Of a stretch of 39,756 nucleotides of DNA, positions 29,695 to 39,756 are shown piece by piece. The stretch spans positions 1 through 39,756 of the forward strand of contig JAADVB010000176.1 in NCBI GenBank assembly GCA_023334545.1, written 5' to 3'. The stretch comes from Salisapilia sapeloensis CBS 127946. Its lineage: Eukaryota > Protista > Oomycota. The notes beneath the pieces are model-generated. The model was not told the DNA's origin and ran no database searches. It saw only the letters and a program-made list of their open reading frames with translations. A program made the position numbers and the translations under genes. Position 1 is the stretch's first letter. Each line of letters opens with the position of its first letter.

Positions 29695-32600
29695 ATGGAC
29701 GAACGACAGGGACTTTTACAAGCTGAGCGAGAAGACACGACGCACAAGAATGGCCGACAAGGCCTCCTCCGCGACGAGGAAGATGTACCGGACGTCTACA
29801 AGTCGCTCAACTTTCGTTCCGTCCAGGAAATGTACTCGACGATTCGAGATGATGCGACGTCAAGATACTCGACTTTGCGTGCCGATAACATTGACAACAT
29901 GTTGTCGGGCGGTCTGGAAAAGTTTTACAAAAAGTACCACCACTTGTCGAAGCGAGTGAATCTGCAACTCGCGACGCCGGAAGTTCGTTTCGAGAACCTC
30001 TCTTTCTCGGTTGAAGTGCCGGAGGGTGATGGCAAGTCGACGGAAGCGACGGTCGGGTCTCGTCTGAAGCAAGTCCTTACGCCGTGGGATAAGCCGAAGA
30101 CGACTCGTCGTGACATTCTCCACCCGATGAGTGGTATCATTAAGCCTGGTACCATGACGCTCATCTTGGCTAATCCTGGTGCTGGTAAATCGACCTTTTT
30201 GAAAGCTTTAGCAGGCAAATTGCCCACGAACTCGAAAAAGTCAGAAGTCGGTGGTGAGGTCTTGTATCAAGGATTTCGAGGTGACGAAATCGATTTGATT
30301 AAAACCGTGGGACTCGTTGATCAAACGGATAATCACATTCCGACCATGACGGTGCGTGAAACGTTCCAATTTGCCGACATGTGCATGAACGGATTACCGT
30401 CAGATCAACCGGAGGAGATGCAAGAAGTTGCGGCTTTGCGTACCGAACTCTTTTTGCATATCTTGGGTCTTTCCAACTGTGCCGACACAGTCGTGGGAGA
30501 TGCGTTGCTGCGTGGTGTGAGTGGAGGTGAACGCAAGCGAGTGACGGTGGGAGAGATGCTCGTCGGTGGACAGTCGCTTTTCCTGTGTGACGAGATCTCG
30601 ACGGGATTGGATGCTGGTGCAACGTTTGACATCATGTCGAGTCTGCGCTCGTGGTGTAAGACTCTAGGTGGATCGTCCATTGTCGCTCTGTTGCAGCCGA
30701 CGCCGGAAGTCGTCGAGCTCTTTGACGATATTTTGATGATCAACGAAGGTCACATGGTATACCACGGTCCTCGTACGGAGATTCTGAGCTACTTCCAGCA
30801 GCAAGGCTTCGACTGTCCACCTCGTATGGATCCTGCCGACTTCCTCATCGAAGTTACGTCTGGACGAGGCGCGCAGTACGCGAACGGGAACACGTCCAAG
30901 TCGGATCTTCCGATCTCTGCAGAAGACTTTTCCAACGTCTTCTTCCAGTCGTACGTGTACAAGAATACGCACGATGAGATTGCACAGGGTTTCCACGGCG
31001 ACCAGCCTCAGTTTGAAAGCGCCGAGGACTTCCGCAAGATGAAGCGTGTGGCGAATCTCGCTCGATCCAAGGAGCAGTCGCAGTTTGGTCTTGGCTTCTG
31101 GCGCAGCACGATGCTCTTGTTGAATCGTCAGAAGACGATCTGGCTACGAGACAAGCCGCTGCTATGGGGAAAGATGTTTGAAGGACTGATCGTCGGGCTA
31201 GTACTCGGCATGATCTTCTTCGATACGGATCCGAAGTACTTTTTGCGCATGCTCTTCTTCTCCATTAGTGTCTTTCAGCGACAGGCGTGGCAGCAGATCA
31301 CCATTGCCTTCCAGCTACGTCGCGTGTTCTACAAGCAACGTTCTCGCAACTTCTTCCGGACATCATCGTACGCCATTGCAGAGAGTATTGTTCAGATACC
31401 AGTGAATCTGTGTGTCGCGATACTGCTCGTGACATTTTTCTACTTTGTCAGTGGCCTCGCTAAGACATTCGAGAACTACATTGTCTTTTTGCTCATCATC
31501 GTCGCGTTCCAACATGCGATTGGAGCTTACATGACGATGCTAAGTGCCTTCACGCCGAACATTACTGGTGGCCAAGCATTGGCAGGACTGTCCGTCGCCT
31601 TCTTTCTGCTCTTCTCTGGCAACATCATCTTGCCCAACCTCATTCCAGACTATTGGATCTGGATGCATTGGTTCAATCCTATGGCCTGGGCGCTACGTTC
31701 GATGATGATTTCGGAATTCCATTCAGATGATTACACGTCTGCAGAGGGAGACGCGAAGTTGAGATTGTTCTCCATACCGTATGGAATCGACTATGTCTGG
31801 ATCGGTATCGGAATGTTGCTAGGATACTACGTGCTCTTCACGACGTTGAATGCTGCTGGTCTCCACTTTTTACGCTTTGAAGCGCACTCTGGTGTATCAG
31901 ATAAGAGCAGCAAGAAGGATGAGACGGACGATGATAGTGTCTATGTCGAAGTGCAGACGCCGAATGCGAATGCTCCACAGTCGAGTGGCGCCGGTCTACC
32001 GTTCACACCTGCAAACCTGTGTATCACGGACCTCCGGTACGTTGTGACGCTACCCAGTGGCGATGACAAAGCGCTCTTGAATGGCATTACGGCGTACTTT
32101 GAACCAGGGACCATGACAGCGCTCATGGGTTCATCTGGTGCTGGTAAAACGACCTTAATGGACGTTATCTCTGGTCGAAAGACTGGTGGACGTATCGAAG
32201 GAGACATTATCGTGAATGGCGAGTCGAAGAACCCTGCCAACTTCAGTCGTATCACTGCCTACTGTGAGCAAATGGACATCCATTCGGAGGCTGCGACCAT
32301 CCGCGAAGCCCTCGAGTTCAGTGCCAACTTGCGTTTACCTCATTCGTTCACGGAAGATGAGCGCATGGGACTTGTGCGAGAGACATTGGATCTATTGGAA
32401 TTGACGTCGATCTCGCATGAACAGATCTCGAGTCTGTCGGTGGAGCAGAAGAAGCGCGTGACGATTGGTGTGGAAGTCGTTGCGAATCCAAGTATTCTTT
32501 TCTTGGATGAACCGACGAGTGGATTGGATGCTCGGTCTGCTCAGATCGTCATGCGCGGCGTCCAGTCGATTGCTCGCACTGGTCGAACGGTCTTGTGTAC

Positions 32601-33795
32601 GATCCATCAGCCGAGTATCTCGATCTTTGAGCTTTTTGACTCGCTCTTGCTGCTCCAGAAAGGTGGATTCACAGCCTACTTTGGCGAACTTGGCAAGGAC
32701 TCTGTCAAGATGCTCGAGTACTTTGCTTCGATCCCAGGCACTGAAGAGATCCGACCGCAGTACAACCCGGCGACATATATGCTTGAGGTCATTGGGGCTG
32801 GTATCGGCAAGGACGTCAAGGACTACAGTCAAGAGTATGCGGAGAGTAGTTTGGCGCGACAGAATGCCGACAAGACACGAGCATTGTGTACACCAGATGA
32901 GACGTTCGTGCGTTTCTCGACGATGAACTTTGATCCGATCGCAACGTCCATGGGGAACCAACTGAAGGAGTTGGTGGTGAAACAGCAGCGGACGTACTGG
33001 CGCACTCCGTCATACAACTTTATGCGAGTCTTCCTCTTCCCACTCTTTGCTCTCATCTTCGGCTCGACGTTCTTCCAGCTGCCACTCGAAACCCTCAAGG
33101 AAGTCAACTCGCACATTGGTCTCATCTACAACAGCATGGACTTTATCGGTGTCATTAACATGATGACGGTGCTCGAAGTCTCGTGCTCGGAACGCGCGGT
33201 CTTTTATCGAGAACGCATGAGCAACTACTATGGTCCACTGCCGTACGCACTCTCGCTCTTCACTGCTGAGCTGCCGTACTTGGCTGGTGTCATGTCGCTC
33301 TTTGTCGTCGTCGAGTACTGGCTCGTCGGTTGGGAAGCGGATGCTGGACACTTTTTCTTCTTCCTACTCATCTTCTTCCTATACACGTCTACATGCACAT
33401 TCGTGGGACAGTGGATGGCAGTCTTGACGCCGAATGCCAAGGTCGCGACGGTCGCTGTCGGTGCACTGTCCTCGCTCTTCAACCTCTTCAGTGGCTACCT
33501 CCAGCCGCGACCGTACATGCACTCGTACTACAAGTGGGTGCAGTACATCATGCCATCGAGTTACTCGCTCAGTGCTTTGGTGGCCGATCAACTCGGTGAG
33601 AGTCAGGAGCTCGTTCAAGTGAATCAATTCGATGATCAGAGTCAAGCCCAGACGATTCAAGACTACATTGCGCAAGAGTACGACTTCCGACCGGATGACA
33701 AGTACTACTTCATGCTCGCTCTCTTTGGATTTTGGATTGCTCTACAGCTCTTCATCTACCTCACCCTTCGCTTCGTCAGTCACTTGAAGCGGTAG
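29695..33795 (+). CDS. Full-size ABCG/PDR (pleiotropic drug resistance) transporter, 1366 aa, intronless
   Basis: NBD-TMD-NBD-TMD order. NBD1: ANPGAGKST, VSGGERKRV, LFLCDEISTGLD. NBD2: GSSGAGKTT, LSVEQKKRV, LFLDEPTSGLD, CTIHQPS. NPATYMLEVIGAG and ERAVFYRER are PDR motifs. Confidence 0.96.
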   Translation: MDERQGLLQAEREDTTHKNGRQGLLRDEEDVPDVYKSLNFRSVQEMYSTIRDDATSRYSTLRADNIDNMLSGGLEKFYKKYHHLSKRVNLQLATPEVRFENLSFSVEVPEGDGKSTEATVGSRLKQVLTPWDKPKTTRRDILHPMSGIIKPGTMTLILANPGAGKSTFLKALAGKLPTNSKKSEVGGEVLYQGFRGDEIDLIKTVGLVDQTDNHIPTMTVRETFQFADMCMNGLPSDQPEEMQEVAALRTELFLHILGLSNCADTVVGDALLRGVSGGERKRVTVGEMLVGGQSLFLCDEISTGLDAGATFDIMSSLRSWCKTLGGSSIVALLQPTPEVVELFDDILMINEGHMVYHGPRTEILSYFQQQGFDCPPRMDPADFLIEVTSGRGAQYANGNTSKSDLPISAEDFSNVFFQSYVYKNTHDEIAQGFHGDQPQFESAEDFRKMKRVANLARSKEQSQFGLGFWRSTMLLLNRQKTIWLRDKPLLWGKMFEGLIVGLVLGMIFFDTDPKYFLRMLFFSISVFQRQAWQQITIAFQLRRVFYKQRSRNFFRTSSYAIAESIVQIPVNLCVAILLVTFFYFVSGLAKTFENYIVFLLIIVAFQHAIGAYMTMLSAFTPNITGGQALAGLSVAFFLLFSGNIILPNLIPDYWIWMHWFNPMAWALRSMMISEFHSDDYTSAEGDAKLRLFSIPYGIDYVWIGIGMLLGYYVLFTTLNAAGLHFLRFEAHSGVSDKSSKKDETDDDSVYVEVQTPNANAPQSSGAGLPFTPANLCITDLRYVVTLPSGDDKALLNGITAYFEPGTMTALMGSSGAGKTTLMDVISGRKTGGRIEGDIIVNGESKNPANFSRITAYCEQMDIHSEAATIREALEFSANLRLPHSFTEDERMGLVRETLDLLELTSISHEQISSLSVEQKKRVTIGVEVVANPSILFLDEPTSGLDARSAQIVMRGVQSIARTGRTVLCTIHQPSISIFELFDSLLLLQKGGFTAYFGELGKDSVKMLEYFASIPGTEEIRPQYNPATYMLEVIGAGIGKDVKDYSQEYAESSLARQNADKTRALCTPDETFVRFSTMNFDPIATSMGNQLKELVVKQQRTYWRTPSYNFMRVFLFPLFALIFGSTFFQLPLETLKEVNSHIGLIYNSMDFIGVINMMTVLEVSCSERAVFYRERMSNYYGPLPYALSLFTAELPYLAGVMSLFVVVEYWLVGWEADAGHFFFFLLIFFLYTSTCTFVGQWMAVLTPNAKVATVAVGALSSLFNLFSGYLQPRPYMHSYYKWVQYIMPSSYSLSALVADQLGESQELVQVNQFDDQSQAQTIQDYIAQEYDFRPDDKYYFMLALFGFWIALQLFIYLTLRFVSHLKR

Positions 33796-33869
33796 AAGTT
33801 CGTTTACTAGATACAATACAACAGACACTTTTCGTTTCATCTTGCTCTTCTTTATATTCGCTAGAGGTA

Positions 33870-35449
33870 TTACGCAGCAGGTGCATCCGACAGACCTTCT
33901 TGCGAGTATTCACGTAGGATGGCAGGGACAGACGTTGGCGGAATGAGACCGAGCTCGGTGACGACCATGGAAATATACTCCATCGGCGTCAAGTCGTACG
34001 CCAAGTTGAGGAGCTTGAGCTGCGGCAAGTCACGCCAGTCAGACAAGACGTGCGTCTTCCCGTCCGTACGCGTCGATCGACTGGCGTTTCGAGCACGGTC
34101 GGCGGCGTGGGAGGACACGAGCTCGTCTGGATCACGAAGCTCATTGTGCGTAATTGCATCGAGTTGCACGCGCGACGAGAACTTGTACGTCTCGCAGCAG
34201 ATCAAGCACGGGACATTCGCGTCCTTGGCCGCGAGTGCCACCAACGCGGTTCCGGCACGCGCGACGGCGCTCCCATTAGCCATCAAGGCCGCGGCGCCAA
34301 GCACGACCTTGGTGACTTCTGGCAGGACGTACGACAGTGCGTTCAAGTGGACGTAGGTGACACGCAGGCCAGCGTCTGCCAACTGTGCCACGAGCTTCTT
34401 GCCTTCAAAGTGCGGTCGAGAGTCGACGACGATGACACGTAGATTCAATTGTCGTTTCTGATACGCTTCCAAGAGCACTTGCTCGACGACATTCGATCGA
34501 GCGTACGTCAGGATGACATCTCCGTCTTCCAACTTGCTCTGCGCGTTCTCCGCGACGGCCTGTAGTGCCATGACGATACGATTCTGCTTATAGTTTTCAA
34601 TGCTTTCAATCAAATCTTTACGAATGTCTTCGTCCGTCTGATCGCGAATGAGACGAGGATCCGAGACGCTCGAGATCCAAGCACGCAAAGAGCGAATGGC
34701 ATTGCCCATACTGATCGAGTGTGGACGACAGTCGATGAGGTATTGGATCGAAGGCTTCAACGCTCGGTCAAGTTCAAGGCTTAGACGTTTGCCTTGAGGT
34801 GGCGTATAGTCCTGGATGACTTGCTGGAAGGCCGTGAGCATCGCGATGCATCGAGCGTTGCCACCGACGATCGCTCCTTCGGCGAACTTAAGACCGAGGG
34901 ATAGGATCGCAGGGTGGAGCTCACGGTTACTGAACCCGACATTGCGGGTTAAGGACGATTCGCGCTCGTACTGGGGCAAGTGGGAGAAGAGAGCGACTTC
35001 CTTTTGCGCTCGAGTGCGAATGACCATACTGGCCTTGGAACGCTTGGCCATGCGCTTGGCATCGTCGTACTGCATGCGGACGCCAGTATTAGATGGCGTA
35101 GGGGCACTTTCCTTTGCAACTTCTGAAGATGGTTTGCCTTGCTTGGCAGCACGCTGAGCTTCCTGCTGAGCTCGACGCTCGGCTTTCGAGAGTTTAGCCT
35201 TCTTCTGCGGAATTTTGTTCTGCTTGGCAAACTCCGCCGCACCTACTTATGCTATCAGAGTAGGTATTTGGTATGCACAACGTATTCTTACGTTGTTTCT
35301 TGAGCTCTGCTTTGGAAAGCTGCTTTTCATCGGCAGTAGCAGGAGTGCTATCTACATTAACGTGTAAATGACTTGAAGTGTTTCGTAAATTTAGGATTAT
35401 ATGTACTGGTGTTGGAAGTGGCAGAAGCGTCAAGGTTGAGATTCTCCAT
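33870..35449 (-). CDS. EIF2B4: Translation initiation factor eIF2B delta subunit; exons 35449-35407, 35351-35292, 35242-33870
   Basis: 55-nt and 49-nt GT-AG introns give MENLNLD...LSKAELKKQRAAEF...LSKAERRAQQEAQRAAK. Core motifs: VALFSHLPQYE, LHPAILSLGL..IVGGNARCIAML, CRPHSISMGNAIR, VVDSRPHFEG, CCETYKFSSRVQLD, YDLTPMEYISMVVTELG. Confidence 0.93.
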
Positions 35450-36935
35450 TTTCTCCTGTAGAAATTACTTTAGGATGAATATATGGAGAATAGATCGACT
35501 GGTAGATGCAATACGTTTGTCTCGCCAAGGGCTTTATCATTGTCTGACGTGTGTGGCGAAGGTGACCATCCGACTAGCTTACTCCTGTATTGACACAACG
35601 GATAGGTGAGCTAATATGTATCGCTATGGTATAATAGTGAAGACAAGACGTACTCTTCCTTGGCTCCCTTCTTCTTATTCTGCGTTTGATCGTCCAATGC
35701 ACGTTCTATCAATTCAATAGGAATGAGATCTTGTGCTCATATACAGCTGGAAGATGTATGTATGCTCTGAACGTACCTAGAGACTGCATCTCGGCGCCTG
35801 CTAGCACAGGAGACTGCTGCTGGTCTGCCATCCTCGACTTATTTTTCTTGGTCAGTTTTTGCGGTCACTTCACACCTTGGTCTACTTTATATTCGACATA
35901 CATATCATATTACTGTGCTCGTTTGAGCTTGTGGGCTGAATTGCAGACACGACTAGCAACACCTTAAAATTGAACTAGAAAAGTAGCGACGATTGGTAGT
36001 TGGTCCGCAAAATTGGGTATTCAGCATAGTGGTACTCGCTGCGCTTGCTTCGTCCTGCTCAGTTACATTGAACTTTGTTCATTGTATGAACGGTATGTGG
36101 GGAAAGTGGATACTAGTAGATTGCCTTTTTGCTTTACGTGTAATTTCGTGTCAACTTTCGTTCGGATCGCAATTGAGTTGATCCGATACTTGTAGCTAGT
36201 ACGCTCACTTCAGTCTCGTCTAGTGGTAAAAGCTGTATATCTATAAACTGGTTTCTAATCATTTTGTTGGCGAATTTGTTTTGACGATTTCGTTGTATGT
36301 AAAGTAAAGCTCGAATACATTGTCATGATTAGACATGGAAAGTAAATTCTGCTTCCACTGCTATTTCTTTTCTCATCATGTGACTTTATGTATACCTATC
36401 TACTCTATAATTGTCGGAATCCATCGTTTGTCATTCATGAACTAAATGCAGTTTCACTAAGTCACTGACTTGGATGCTCGTTTACAGCCCTCTCTATCTT
36501 TTCCAGCTTTGTTCTCGACAAACCTGCTTACAATTTTCCGTGACGAGCTCAAGACAGATATCTCTGATTGAGCGATCATCTTATCTTCAGTAAAATTGCA
36601 TATCGAATTGTTTTTAATACAGTAGCTCGTCTTTTACATGCAACAAATCTTATGGGTCGACAGTGGAGCCGTAGTATCTCAACGGGTTTGAGAACAGCGG
36701 ATACCCATCTCATGTATGTTTCTTTGGCACATATGAAAAAGCGAACAGATCGTATTGTACCAAAAGCTATGGTTGTTCATCTTACCTGTATCGAAAAGAT
36801 GCGAAGAGCTCCTACGAATACTCTCACAAACCTCTGCATATCGCGTCATCTTTCAGCATCACGATCCAATAACATATTGATGTCGCATGATCTAGTATAC
36901 GAGAGATCCTGTACTTCGCATTGATTCATATGCAG

Positions 36936-37278
36936 ATATATTCTCTATCCATATCGAGAATTGCGTGAGGGGCAATCTGAACTCGCAAAGTAAGCATGCT
37001 CGGATTCGTATGCTTGTGATGACTTCGAAATTGAGCTAGTATACCTACCGCTTTACAACTCTACTCAGGACGAATCCAACAATATTCAATAACATACGTA
37101 GTGATTGTAAGCAGCAGGAGAAGTTGGCAAAGTACGTTTAACATAAGTGAGATTCTTTGTGCTTACAATTGCAAGGGTAGTAGAGATGAAGAAATCTACA
37201 TGGAGCAATATACATATAGACATGATGCCTAGAAATTTCTGTCTACATGAATTGCAAGAACACATCGATGACGGATAG
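36936..37278 (+). CDS. Probable 3' exons (36936-36989, 37069-37131, 37176-37278) of an unannotated multi-exon gene that may extend upstream towards ~35.5 kb
   Basis: Strong donors GTAAGC (36990) and GTACGT (37132) with AG acceptors at 37068 and 37175 keep a frame open: YILYPYRELREGQSELAKTNPTIFNNIRSDCKQQEKLAKVVEMKKSTWSN...HIDDG*. No recognisable family; another frame also reads through two of the exons. Confidence 0.35.
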
Positions 37279-37324
37279 AAAATAGCTTGTCCAAATCGTA
37301 TTAAAGCAACTCTCATCCGCTTAC

Positions 37325-37744
37325 TTATAGGATGATACAGCATTCGTCGCCGTAGATACTGGCATTGTTCAATGTATGACAATTGCGGCATCTTGAAAAG
37401 TCAGTTAGAATAATTAGTCGAATTAGGATAAAACCATTTTATCGTATATACCTCCAACTCGTAGTTCCTGGTGGCAACGGGTATGGCGCGGAGCACTTAT
37501 TGCAAAGTGCATTGCCCTGCATATCGCGACGAATGTTATCATTGTTCCGGAGCACTTGCGGCTGCTGCACCGGCACGGCGTCGACGATAGGTCGGCCGTA
37601 CTGGTCAACTTGCGGCTGCTGATTATAGTACGGCTGCTGCTGCTGCTGCTGCTGTCCATAGTAGGCGTTCTGACCTGGTACAGGCGCTGCCACTGGCTCT
37701 CCGTACGGAGCCGTGTACTGATCGTTCTTACTCGGTTTCTCCAT
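37325..37744 (-). CDS. Small Gln/Pro/Tyr-rich protein with an LSD1-type zinc finger and C-terminal CCIIL prenylation motif; exons 37744-37452 and 37391-37325 (119 aa)
   Basis: A 60-nt intron GTATAT...CTAAC/CTGAC...AAG (37451-37392) completes CNKCSAPYPLPPGTTSWRCRNC (C-x2-C-x14-C-x2-C) and ends GDECCIIL*. Confidence 0.85.
37634..37654. repeat. (CTG)7 microsatellite encoding a Q7 tract in the LSD1-type protein
   Basis: ctgctgctgctgctgctgctg on + strand = CAG repeat in frame on - strand (YGQQQQQQQPY). Confidence 0.9.
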
Positions 37745-37928
37745 TTTTTTCTTTCTGAGTCAAGTTGATTGATTCTTGCATTTGACAGGTGGATATTCCT
37801 TATATATCACTTTGATTGGTGGAAATTCAGCTGAAGGAAGGAAGTATCACATAAAGTAGATGGAAATGTAGCTCGACTAAGAAATTAAAAGAGATTGGAT
37901 AATGCTTGTATCATTACTAAATGCACAT

Positions 37929-38501
37929 TTACATGGCCAAAGCAGCCATAATTGCAGCTAGACCAGCGAGTATAGTAGTAGTGATAGTTGCAGCGCCATC
38001 ACTTCCATTCTCCGTAGATGCAGAGTTTCCAGTCGACTTACCAGCCGAGCCAGCAGCGCTTGAACCACCAGCTGACTCCATTGCCGTAGCGGAAGAGCCT
38101 GATCCCGATCCCGATCCGCAATTGCTAATTATTTTTTCAAATAATTTCTTAAGCGGCGTCTTCTTACCATCAATTTCCAGTTGGCATTGCGGCCAATATG
38201 AGAGACCTTGGACTTTATCAATCAACTCACCACAGTTAGCGCAAATTTTTGTCGTCTGCTTAGAGCTTGGAGACTTGGTAGGTGGTACGAAGATAAATCC
38301 TGTCTTTTGCTGGCAGTCAAGAGCCATTTGAGTGAACGGCAGTAACTCGTCAATGAACTTCCCGCTACTAAAATCGCACGTTCCCGAGGTCGAGCTGTCA
38401 CCCGCCGCACTCGTGCTCATAGCATAGTCTGCCCTGGAATTTTGGCCCGAGATGCCTGTGAGGGCTAGTGCGGTGATTGTGAACGTAAGCGAGGTCTTCA
38501 T
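37929..38501 (-). CDS. Elicitin-like (ELL) secreted protein with Ser/Gly/Ala/Thr-rich tail and putative GPI-anchor signal (~190 aa)
   Basis: ATG at 38501; signal peptide MKTSLTFTITALALTGISG. Six-Cys elicitin-type domain CDFSS...DCQQKTGFIFVPP...ICANC...WPQCQL...ISNC; S/G/A/T linker; hydrophobic C-terminus TTILAGLAAIMAALAM. Confidence 0.85.
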   Translation of the reverse strand: MKTSLTFTITALALTGISGQNSRADYAMSTSAAGDSSTSGTCDFSSGKFIDELLPFTQMALDCQQKTGFIFVPPTKSPSSKQTTKICANCGELIDKVQGLSYWPQCQLEIDGKKTPLKKLFEKIISNCGSGSGSGSSATAMESAGGSSAAGSAGKSTGNSASTENGSDGAATITTTILAGLAAIMAALAM

Positions 38502-39756
38502 CTTGTAGTAGATTTTCGAAAGTGAAGCAATTTCACTTAAATGAAGGTGACACATGGAAGCTGAATGTTAAGGTTGCAAAAGATCGGAATTGGGATATTT
38601 CCTCTGATGTTCAATGTTCCGCTTATTCCATGTTGATGTGTCTTATACTTGTCATCAAGTCAGGACGAGATTCTTTTCGTGCTCGATCGGTCGACACCAT
38701 CCTACTAGATACACGTTTCTTGCCGATTGTAGTGAGCACGTAAGTGCTACTCCAGTTCTATTCGTGCCAAAAGTAGCATTTCTCGAAAAGATGTACTCCA
38801 TCTGCTGTTCTAATTTTCAATCGGCACCTGTCGATGGTCGATCGGTAGAGTACCGCAGATACCTCGAGTTTCGTCCAGATGTGTTCACAAGCCGTTCATG
38901 CGCAAACCTTCAGCACCGTTGTTACATTTGACTGGTATGATCCAATGCGGAAACCTCCAGATATAAACTACTAAAGTTTCTTTTCTGATTAAAAAGTGTA
39001 TTTAAACAAAAATAGAATGTTTCACACTAATCCCGTTATTTACCAGAAACAAAAGAGTCTTTCAATTGCTTGGGAATTTATTTGTAAGTTTTGTACAGCT
39101 TATCCAGGCTTAGTTCATGGATATATGGCAGGCAAAATTTAGATGCAACAAAGTCCCTAATACCAAGCACGGAGAACGATATATCTATCTAAACGTCTTT
39201 CAGAAACGAGTTATTGTCAGTTCTACTCAAACTTTCGTACGGCGCTTCATTGACCGGGTAAAGCTGATTTGTCATACCTCTACAATGCACATTTTAGACT
39301 CCCGAAAGTATATTGGTGGAATATATGATACGATAAGCATTTGGAAAGCTATGGAGCGCATGCGCTGCTGATATGCGTAGTCGAGCACATCCCTACATTG
39401 TTTAGCACATCGAAAGGAGACCAGTAGGTTACCTTTGCTCTACCATTTTCGTTTTAGCTAACTGGCTGCCGGTAGATTTGAGCGGGAATGACAACACCAG
39501 AAGTGAGATGCGAATGTCCATAGGGCAAGTGAAATGAATTTGTGGGAAATCAGTAGATACTGTTATGCTGCCCAAGAGAAAATAATCTTCTATTTGATAA
39601 GTCATAAAGGCGGTGTTCGTAGAGCGCCCAATTGGATATTATGCAAGGCATATTAGGCTTTACATGAACAACACGCAGAAGCTGTAATAAGAACAAACGC
39701 CCAAGTCTTTGGCGGCTCGTTCTACTCGTACATCGCTATCTACCTTTCCATGCCTA

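Noticed and set aside
38614-39371. ORFs 38614-38931 and 39117-39371 as genes or transposon relics
   Set aside because: No transposase, RT or other motifs, no repeats, and no convincing splice chain.

Overview
Gene-dense eukaryotic DNA, almost certainly from a flagellated oomycete. Evidence: an elicitin-like gene, an oomycete-type PDR transporter, dynein-2 intermediate chain plus LC8, and short GT-AG introns. I can support about 18 protein-coding genes and no RNA genes, CRISPR arrays or mobile elements. In order: 3' end of an ABCB transporter; a giant EF-hand/WD40 protein; a small TNF/C1q-like beta-sandwich protein; a PX/coiled-coil protein; a bacterial-type LTA-synthase/MdoB-family membrane enzyme; a small single-TM protein; an AN1/C2H2 zinc-finger protein with a CaaX box; a class II-like HDAC; an orphan WD40 protein; long-form RNase Z; a J-domain protein; LC8; WDR60; a PDR/ABCG transporter; eIF2B-delta; an LSD1-type zinc-finger protein; an elicitin-like GPI protein; and a probable cryptic multi-exon gene. 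Manual splicing of 47-82 nt introns reveals domains the ORF track hides. The J-domain protein gains a C-terminal CAP-Gly (GKNDG) domain and sits in a same-strand run with LC8 and WDR60. The LSD1-type finger is completed by a second exon ending in CCIIL. Family assignments come from recognised motifs only; no database searches were run.
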